Shown: one piece after another, positions 54,740-61,376 of the stretch
Layout: every line of letters begins with the position of its first letter
Position numbering within the stretch: the stretch's first letter is position 1
The notes under the pieces: model-generated
What the model saw: the letters and a program-made list of their open reading frames with translations, nothing else
The model's database searches: none
What the model was told of the DNA's origin: nothing
Translations under genes and position numbers: made by a program
Origin: Bacteroidia bacterium
Lineage (GTDB): Bacteria; Bacteroidota; Bacteroidia; B-17B0; Aurantibacillaceae
Direction: 5' to 3'
NCBI GenBank assembly: GCA_040403535.1
Contig: JBBAKL010000003.1
Coordinates: 35,248 to 99,247, forward strand
Length of the DNA: 64,000 nucleotides

Positions 54740-55495
54740 TTAAAATTTAACTACTAAAAACTTGATAAATACCAGTAAAGGCAAAATTTCTAAAGCGCAA
54801 AGATAAACAAATAATTGAAAAATCCCCATGCCCTGCTCTACCCCTGAAAACAAAAAACCCCGGTAGAGCCTAAAAAAATAACCTAAAACGATAAAAAGAA
54901 TTGAAGGGAAAATCAACCAAATTGGATTTAATGGCGATAGTTCAGCCAATATCATTACCGGCAAAAGTATGACACCGATTGACTGATTGATGATGAGGGT
55001 ACTGTTAATGTACTCGCCAATGGTTTGACTTGTTTGCGTAACAAATGAAATGAGATTTAGTGCAATAAATTTTAAGGCGTAAGCCAGTATAATTACTGAA
55101 ACAAAAAATAAATACTGAACCAACCCTGACGATTCGTTTAAAATAGCTCCAAAAATCTGATTGAGTTTGTAAATCAAAAAAGCTGTAACCAAAACAAATA
55201 CCAAATTAAGTATTATAGATAGGCGTTTAAAAGGTCCGTAATTCTCGCGTTCAATTTGTCGCGCTACTTGTAAACTATAAGCAGCGTTTAATACACGCAA
55301 TATGCGCGAAGGCATTGTTACTTTTAAAAGTATCAAAAAACAAACGGCCAAAAACAACACTACAGATGGCCATATCAAATGTTGTGAAGAGTTAAATATC
55401 GCTCCATTATGAATGGGCTTTAAAAGATGATTCTGGAAAATGGGCTCGTATGAAACAGCAGTAAGTTTATGATAAAACAAAGCCGTGAAAATCAT
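54740..55495 (-). CDS. DUF4271-like polytopic membrane protein
   Basis: About 6 TM segments. Lies immediately upstream of the HemD-like gene, an arrangement I recall as conserved in Bacteroidota. Confidence 0.5.
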   Translation of the reverse strand: MIFTALFYHKLTAVSYEPIFQNHLLKPIHNGAIFNSSQHLIWPSVVLFLAVCFLILLKVTMPSRILRVLNAAYSLQVARQIERENYGPFKRLSIILNLVFVLVTAFLIYKLNQIFGAILNESSGLVQYLFFVSVIILAYALKFIALNLISFVTQTSQTIGEYINSTLIINQSIGVILLPVMILAELSPLNPIWLIFPSILFIVLGYFFRLYRGFLFSGVEQGMGIFQLFVYLCALEILPLLVFIKFLVVKF

Positions 55496-55505
55496 TTTTT
55501 AAATA

Positions 55506-56447
55506 TTAAAGTGCAAAAGTACGAGAAATACAGAATCCGAACTTCACTTGACCTTTAGTCCAGGTATCAGAAGTATACGGAATAAAACTGTTTTCAATTA
55601 ATGCAGGAGCATTTGTAAAAAACAAACTAAACACGTGACCGCCTGTTTCTAACTCAAATCCTAAAGCAAGGGGATTAAAAGCTGATGTGTTATTTTGAAA
55701 ATAAGGCGAGAAATTATAAAAATAATCTCCAATTAAGCACATACGTTTAGTAATTTTTACGCGTCCACCAAATCCAAGAGAAAATAATCCGTTGGTATCT
55801 TCAGCCTTGTTGTTAGAATTGATGCTCTGACGGATATAATTACGATGTAAATAAGATGGGAGTAACTCTAATGAAAGCCATTCGGTAATTTTGCTTGCAA
55901 TAATTAATTGAGCAAAGTAGTTAACTCGGTGTAATTCATTTGTTTCAAAATTTTTATTAACGCCTGAATATAACTGAGCTGTTTTCATGGAGGTGTAACC
56001 CAAATCAGCGAATAACGCAATGGATAAAGGCATATGAAAATCTTCCGTTTGTGTGAACGGGCGCCATTTTACACTGGCATCATACGTTTCACGGAAACGG
56101 CTGCGGCCAATACCAACAGTTAAGTTATCGGTAATTCCATAATCAAACGACCAACGAATATCACTGGCGTTATCGAAACCAAAATAAGTATGCGCTGCTT
56201 CATTTAAAGCATTTGGCTCTAAGGCTGAATTGTAAACGTTTCCAAATCGGTGAGAAATTCTGAAATCTAAATGCTGTTTTTTTACAGTTTCGATTGAATG
56301 TGCATTACCCAGTTTATAAGTTTTAAATGTGGCATACACTTTTTCGTGTTTGCTTTCTTTACCCTCGTTAACCAAACTTAACAAATCATCCTGAGCAAAA
56401 ACAAAACTTGAAATTGATAGAGCTGAAAACAGTAATAATTTTTTCAT
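55506..56447 (-). CDS. Secreted outer-membrane beta-barrel-like protein (DUF5777-like)
   Basis: Signal peptide MKKLLLFSALSISSFVFAQ and alternating strand-like pattern. The family name is recalled only. Confidence 0.5.
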   Translation of the reverse strand: MKKLLLFSALSISSFVFAQDDLLSLVNEGKESKHEKVYATFKTYKLGNAHSIETVKKQHLDFRISHRFGNVYNSALEPNALNEAAHTYFGFDNASDIRWSFDYGITDNLTVGIGRSRFRETYDASVKWRPFTQTEDFHMPLSIALFADLGYTSMKTAQLYSGVNKNFETNELHRVNYFAQLIIASKITEWLSLELLPSYLHRNYIRQSINSNNKAEDTNGLFSLGFGGRVKITKRMCLIGDYFYNFSPYFQNNTSAFNPLALGFELETGGHVFSLFFTNAPALIENSFIPYTSDTWTKGQVKFGFCISRTFAL

Positions 56448-56478
56448 ATTTCTAACTTATTTGAATTCAAATATAAAT

Positions 56479-56506
56479 AAAAAAAAGAACGGCCGGGCCG
56501 TTCTTT
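56479..56506 (-). terminator. Intrinsic terminator after the YceI-like gene
   Basis: Plus strand reads aaaaaaaagaacggccgggccgttct. On the minus strand a GC-rich stem is followed by T8. Confidence 0.7.
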
Positions 56507-56531
56507 GAAATTCGTTATTAAAACATTAGTG

Positions 56532-57089
56532 TTATTTCTTTACATAAGGCTTTACAGTAGAGTTGAAATTCACATCTACCACTTCAGCAATATTCTTAAC
56601 ATATAAAGAAGGTACCTTTATGTTATGATCGGCGATTTTGATTGGAAATTTACCGGATAATAAAAGGTTATCACCTTTCTTAACAATAACACCTTCTATT
56701 GTTACATCTTTTATCACTCCATGTAAATCAAGCTTTCCTGTTGCAGTCACTTTTTGTTCCTTATCGCTGGATAAATCAATTTTCTCGTTAATCTTTCCTT
56801 TAAACTGTGCAACCGGATATTTTGTTGATTCAACATAATTTTCATTGAAGTGCTCTTCCATTAAAGCATTTTTAAATTTAAATGCCTTCATTCGGATTAC
56901 CGACTGCAAATCACCAGTAGTAGCGTCCAAAATAAAAGCTGCCTCGTTGTTTACAGCTTCAATATCCTCTAGTGGAGACTTAGAATAGAAGGTTACTACA
57001 GATGTTTTTTCTTTACCTAAATCGGCAAATTTCTGAGCGTTAAGGGTAATTACACTTCCCAGAGATAATAATAATAATAGTTTTTTCAT
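56532..57089 (-). CDS. YceI-like (polyisoprenoid-binding lipocalin-like) periplasmic protein
   Basis: Signal peptide MKKLLLLLSLGSVITLNAQ, ~185 aa, motifs HGVIKDVTIEG and FPIKIADHNIKVP. Confidence 0.65.
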   Translation of the reverse strand: MKKLLLLLSLGSVITLNAQKFADLGKEKTSVVTFYSKSPLEDIEAVNNEAAFILDATTGDLQSVIRMKAFKFKNALMEEHFNENYVESTKYPVAQFKGKINEKIDLSSDKEQKVTATGKLDLHGVIKDVTIEGVIVKKGDNLLLSGKFPIKIADHNIKVPSLYVKNIAEVVDVNFNSTVKPYVKK

Positions 57090-57126
57090 ACCAGAGGTTA
57101 ATCAATAATTATACCAAAAATAGAAA

Positions 57127-58182
57127 TTATTTTAAGATATCACTTTCTTTTAGGTATTTTTCTATTAAACGAGGAAAGGCGTAATTTCCGAGTTGATTAT
57201 TTTTCACTTTATTTAATTTAGTATTACTAAACTTATTTTCAACTTTAACGGAAATAAATCGCGCATATAAATGCTGATGCGACAGAACATGCTTATATAC
57301 CTTACTTACCTCAGTAATTCTATAATCATATGAATTAAACAATTGCTTAAATTTTTTTAATAGAAAAAGCTTTTCTACATCATGTAATATTTCGGTTTCA
57401 ATTAATTCAAATTCGTATAAACTTTCCCAAATATCCTTAGAGGTTCGTTTTCTGATAAAAAAGCTGTCTTTTGTATTAATCACTATATAATTAAAATAGC
57501 GATTGCGGACTTTTGTCTTTTTTGCTTTTATCGGAAGTTGTTCAACTTCATTACTCTTAAATGCAACACATTTATCACTAAATATACAATTAGGACAATC
57601 CGGATTAACAGGTCTGCAATACACTGCTCCAAATTCCATTATTGCCTGATTATAATCGCCCGGATTTGATGTATCTAAAAGTTCAGCTGCCAACTCTTTG
57701 AAATATTTCTTTCCATTTGTTGAGTCAATTGCCTCATGCACCCCGAAAACACGGCTAAGGACTCTGTATACATTTCCATCAACCACCGCATGAGGCAGAT
57801 TAAAAGCAATACTTGAGATAGCAGCTGCGGTATAATCACCCACCCCTTTCATATTTTTTATGCTTAAAAAGTCGGTTGGAAACTTTGCTTTTTGCTCATT
57901 TACTATAAATTTTGCGGCAATCTGCAGGTTTCTGGCGCGCGAATAATATCCCAATCCCTGCCAAAGTTTTAAAACTTCATCTTCAGGAGCACCAGCCAGT
58001 TTTTTTACATCGGGATATTTTTCAGTAAACTTTAGATAATATCTAAGTCCTTGATTTACTTGAGTTTGCTGAAGAATTATTTCAGAAAGCCATATTTTAT
58101 AGGGGTCTTTGGTATGGCGCCAAGGCAAATCGCGCTTATTAATTTTATACCATTTATGGAGCCTTTGGGCGAAAAAATTCAT
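57127..58182 (-). CDS. mutY: A/G-specific adenine DNA glycosylase
   Basis: YKIWLSEIILQQTQV, HhH-GPD motif GVGDYTAAAISSIAFN, and Fe-S loop CRPVNPDCPNCIFSDKC. Confidence 0.9.
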   Translation of the reverse strand: MNFFAQRLHKWYKINKRDLPWRHTKDPYKIWLSEIILQQTQVNQGLRYYLKFTEKYPDVKKLAGAPEDEVLKLWQGLGYYSRARNLQIAAKFIVNEQKAKFPTDFLSIKNMKGVGDYTAAAISSIAFNLPHAVVDGNVYRVLSRVFGVHEAIDSTNGKKYFKELAAELLDTSNPGDYNQAIMEFGAVYCRPVNPDCPNCIFSDKCVAFKSNEVEQLPIKAKKTKVRNRYFNYIVINTKDSFFIRKRTSKDIWESLYEFELIETEILHDVEKLFLLKKFKQLFNSYDYRITEVSKVYKHVLSHQHLYARFISVKVENKFSNTKLNKVKNNQLGNYAFPRLIEKYLKESDILK

Positions 58183-58242
58183 GATCAGACAACAAATTAA
58201 AATAAAATTTGCTTAATTATTTTTAGGTTTTAATTTTAATAC

Positions 58243-58250
58243 TATCTTTG
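58243..58250 (+). promoter_or_regulatory. Candidate -7 box upstream of the HU gene
   Basis: tatctttg (TAnnTTTG), 49 nt upstream of the ATG at 58299. Confidence 0.35.
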
Positions 58251-58298
58251 CCCTCCATTTTTGATAATTCAAATTATTGATTTTAAATACTTTGTAAA

Positions 58299-58613
58299 AT
58301 GACAAAAGCAGACATCGTAAACGAGATTTCAGAGAAGACAGGAATTGAAAAAATTGCTGTACAAGCATCAGTAGAAGCTTTCATGAAATCAATCCGAAAC
58401 GCTATGATCGAAGGTAAGAATGTTTACCTAAGAGGTTTCGGAACATTTGTAGTGAAGAAGCGTGCCGAAAAAATTGGCCGTAACATTTCTAAAAACACTA
58501 CGGTTGTTATTCCCGCTCACTACATTCCGGCATTTAAACCTGCCAAAACTTTCTCTGAAAGAGTAAAGAAGAATGTAAAAGTTGCTGAGCCGGAACCAAA
58601 AAACAACGACTAA
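58299..58613 (+). CDS. HU/IHF-family DNA-binding protein
   Basis: MTKADIVNEISEKTGI..., LRGFGTFVVKKRAEKIGRN, and PAHYIPAFKPAK. Confidence 0.9.
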   Translation: MTKADIVNEISEKTGIEKIAVQASVEAFMKSIRNAMIEGKNVYLRGFGTFVVKKRAEKIGRNISKNTTVVIPAHYIPAFKPAKTFSERVKKNVKVAEPEPKNND

Positions 58614-58616
58614 TAA

Positions 58617-59441
58617 ATGACTAAGATTAAAAAAACACAGCTTTTATTAATTGTAGGGGCTGTTGTTTTATTCGTTCTTTTATTTTTTGTTAATAAAAAA
58701 CCAACTGTTCAGGAAACAACTAACGGTGAGGAAACCGCGGTTATATCCGAAAAAATTGAGAGCTTTGTAAAAACAGCCAGAAGTGTTTTATCCCCTGAGT
58801 TAAAACAAAATGAGGAAAGTTTATTAAAGAAAGCGAATGGACCGGAAAAGGTTAAATGGCTTGATAGCTTAATTAACTTCTGGGATAAACTTAAACGCCC
58901 TGACGTTGCTTCGTTTTATTTCGAAGAAAAAGCTAAAGAAAGTAAACAGGCAGTTACATGGTTTAAAGCCGGAGATCGCTACTATTACTCAATACGCTTT
59001 GTTAAAGAACAAAACGAATTAGGTCCACTTTATTTAAGTGCAGTACGGTGCTACGAAAACGGATTAAAACTTGAACCTAATAATACAGAGGCTAAAATTA
59101 TGTTAGCTTCATGTTACGTGGAAGGATCACCGGATCCGATGAAGGGAATTACCATGTTGCGTGAAATTGAAAAAACAGACAGCAACAATGTTACACTTCA
59201 ATTAAACTTTGCGTTTTTTTCGGTGAAGTCGCAGCAATGGGATAAAGCCATCAGACGATTTGAAAAGGTATTACAAATTGATTCAGCTTATATTGAAGCC
59301 TATTTACACCTTGCCGATGCTTATGAACAAACAGACAAAAAAGACAAAACGATTGAAATGCTGGAGATGTATAAAAATCGCACAGATGATGCATTAGCCA
59401 GAGAAGAAATTGAAAAATATATACAACAACTAAAGAATTAA
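58617..59441 (+). CDS. Membrane-anchored TPR protein
   Basis: N-terminal TM segment LLLIVGAVVLFVLLFFV. TPR-like units include AVRCYENGLKLEPNN and RFEKVLQIDSAY. Confidence 0.7.
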   Translation: MTKIKKTQLLLIVGAVVLFVLLFFVNKKPTVQETTNGEETAVISEKIESFVKTARSVLSPELKQNEESLLKKANGPEKVKWLDSLINFWDKLKRPDVASFYFEEKAKESKQAVTWFKAGDRYYYSIRFVKEQNELGPLYLSAVRCYENGLKLEPNNTEAKIMLASCYVEGSPDPMKGITMLREIEKTDSNNVTLQLNFAFFSVKSQQWDKAIRRFEKVLQIDSAYIEAYLHLADAYEQTDKKDKTIEMLEMYKNRTDDALAREEIEKYIQQLKN

Positions 59442-59462
59442 TAATTTAAAAAAACAGAAATT

Positions 59463-59552
59463 ATGCCAAGCGGAAAGAAAAGAAAAAGACATAAAATGGC
59501 GACTCACAAACGTAAAAAGCGTTTAAGAAAGAATCGTCATAAGAAGAAATAA
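59463..59552 (+). CDS. 29-aa Arg/Lys-rich micro-protein, bS22 / AURKAIP1-COX24-like ribosomal peptide candidate (not in the ORF track)
   Basis: Hand translation MPSGKKRKRHKMATHKRKKRLRKNRHKKK. Two hairpins follow it. The pattern resembles mycobacterial bS22 as I recall it. Confidence 0.55.
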   Translation: MPSGKKRKRHKMATHKRKKRLRKNRHKKK

Positions 59553-59595
59553 TCTATAAGCACGTTGTGCTTTATAAGAGATTTTTAAAAACAAA

Positions 59596-59627
59596 AAGGG
59601 AAAAAGCTAATCTTCTTTCCCCTTTTG
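59596..59627 (+). terminator. Hairpin plus T-tract after the micro-ORF
   Basis: aaggg aaa...tttccccttttgtt. A second hairpin, ctataagcac-gtt-gtgctttataag, lies at 59555-59578. Confidence 0.45.
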
Positions 59628-59656
59628 TTATTTGTATAAATTAAAATATTTAGAGC

Positions 59657-61216
59657 GTGAATTATGATTTAGTAATTAATTCCACGCCTAGCGAAGTTGT
59701 TATAGCCCTTTTAAACGAGAAGCGTTTAATAGAGCTTCATCGTGAAAAGAATAACTCTAAGTTTTCGGTAGGCGATATCTACTTTGGAAAAGTTAAGAAG
59801 GTTATGACCGGACTTAACGCAGCCTTTGTAGATGTGGGATATGAAAAAGATGCTTTTTTGCATTACCTCGATCTTGGCCCTCAGGCCTCATCGCTATATA
59901 AATTTGTTGAGCAAACGCGTTCGGGAAAACAAAACGTGAGTAACCTCATGTATTTTAAAAACGAACCCGACATTAAGAAAGACGGTAAAATCAACGAGAT
60001 TGTAAAAAGCGGTCAGCAAATTTTAGTTCAAGTAGCTAAAGAACCTATTTCTGCCAAAGGACCACGTATTACCTCTGAAATTTCATTAGCAGGGAGATAT
60101 ATTGTTTTAATTCCATTTGCCGAAAAAATTTCAGTCTCTTCGAAGATTAAAAACATTGAAGAAAAACACCGTTTGAAAGACTTAATGCAAAGCATTAAGC
60201 CAAAAAACTTTGGTGTAATTGTGCGTACAGTAGCCGAAGGTAAATCGGTTACCGAACTCGAAAACGACCTTAATGACCTTGTTAACCGTTGGGAGTTGTG
60301 TCATAAAACATTAAAAGACGCCGAACCGCCTCACCGCGTTTTGGGCGAAGTAGACCGTACCAATGCTATTCTTCGTGATTTTTTAAATGAATCGTTCAAC
60401 TCTATTCATGTTAACGATAAAAAGATTTACGACGACCTTAAAACGTATATTAAAACTATTGCTCCTGAAAAGGAAAATATTTTAAAGCTTTACGATAACA
60501 AAGTGCCGATTTTTGATCAGTTTGGAATTGAAAAACAAATCAAATCTTTATTTGGAAAAACTGTTCACATGAAGAGTGGTGCGTATTTGGTGATTGAACA
60601 CACCGAAGCATTACACGTTTTTGACGTGAACAGCGGTAACCGCGCGAAAAGCGATAACACACAAGAACAAAATGCACTGGAAGTAAATCTGGAAGCTGCA
60701 ATAGAAGTGGCACGCCAGTTAAAACTTCGTGATATGGGCGGTATTATTGTGGTTGACTTTATTGACATGCACAATCAGGATAACCGAAAACTCCTTTACG
60801 AAAAACTGAAGGAGGAAATGAAAACTGATCGTGCAAAACACAATATTTTACCTCCAAGTAAATTTGGTTTAATTCAAATTACCCGTCAGCGTTTACGCCC
60901 TGAGGTGAATGTGGAAGTTCTGGAAACCTGTCCAAGTTGTGGTGGTACCGGAAAAATTCAGCCAAGCTTATTGTTTGTAGATCAAATTGAAAACACCTTA
61001 CGGTTCATATCTAAAGAACAAAACGAAAAGGTGCTTACCTTAAACGTTCATCCTTACATTGAGGCTTATATCACCAAAGGCAGCTTATTCAAGAAGAGCC
61101 TGTTCAGAAAATGGAAGAGCGCCTATGATGTAAAAATGGAAATTCAACCAATGGCCAGTTTTGGTTTCATGGAATTTAAATTCCTGAATAAAGACGGCGA
61201 TGAAATTGTGATCTAA
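59657..61216 (+). CDS. rng: Ribonuclease G/E family endoribonuclease
   Basis: GTG start. S1 domain VGDIYFGKVKKVMTGLNAAFVDVG, catalytic core ALHVFDVNSG and GGIIVVDFIDM, and Zn-link CPSCGGTG. Confidence 0.9.
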   Translation: MNYDLVINSTPSEVVIALLNEKRLIELHREKNNSKFSVGDIYFGKVKKVMTGLNAAFVDVGYEKDAFLHYLDLGPQASSLYKFVEQTRSGKQNVSNLMYFKNEPDIKKDGKINEIVKSGQQILVQVAKEPISAKGPRITSEISLAGRYIVLIPFAEKISVSSKIKNIEEKHRLKDLMQSIKPKNFGVIVRTVAEGKSVTELENDLNDLVNRWELCHKTLKDAEPPHRVLGEVDRTNAILRDFLNESFNSIHVNDKKIYDDLKTYIKTIAPEKENILKLYDNKVPIFDQFGIEKQIKSLFGKTVHMKSGAYLVIEHTEALHVFDVNSGNRAKSDNTQEQNALEVNLEAAIEVARQLKLRDMGGIIVVDFIDMHNQDNRKLLYEKLKEEMKTDRAKHNILPPSKFGLIQITRQRLRPEVNVEVLETCPSCGGTGKIQPSLLFVDQIENTLRFISKEQNEKVLTLNVHPYIEAYITKGSLFKKSLFRKWKSAYDVKMEIQPMASFGFMEFKFLNKDGDEIVI

Positions 61217-61249
61217 AAGAAACCCCGAACAAATGTTCGGGGTTTTTTG
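61217..61249 (+). terminator. Intrinsic terminator after rng
   Basis: aagaaaccccgaac-aaat-gttcggggtttttt. Confidence 0.8.
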
Positions 61250-61299
61250 TTAATGTTTGTAAAAAGTTTTCCCCTCTGTTTTTTAACACTTCGATTGAT

Positions 61300-61307
61300 T
61301 AAATTTG
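61300..61307 (+). promoter_or_regulatory. Candidate -7 box upstream of the last ORF
   Basis: taaatttg, 70 nt upstream of the TTG at 61377. Confidence 0.3.
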
Positions 61308-61376
61308 TGTAAAGCGCTTATTTTTTGCATCTTAACAAAGATCGCAACTACGATCGTTAAAAGAGGAATATTTTTA

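Noticed and set aside
54302-54757. 151-aa plus-strand ORF (F/T/A/L-rich)
   Set aside because: It is the antisense image of the Lys/Ala-rich tract of the HemD-like gene, a typical low-complexity shadow.
56638-60774. ORFs 56638-56838(+) and 60565-60774(-)
   Set aside because: They are antisense within the YceI-like gene and rng respectively.
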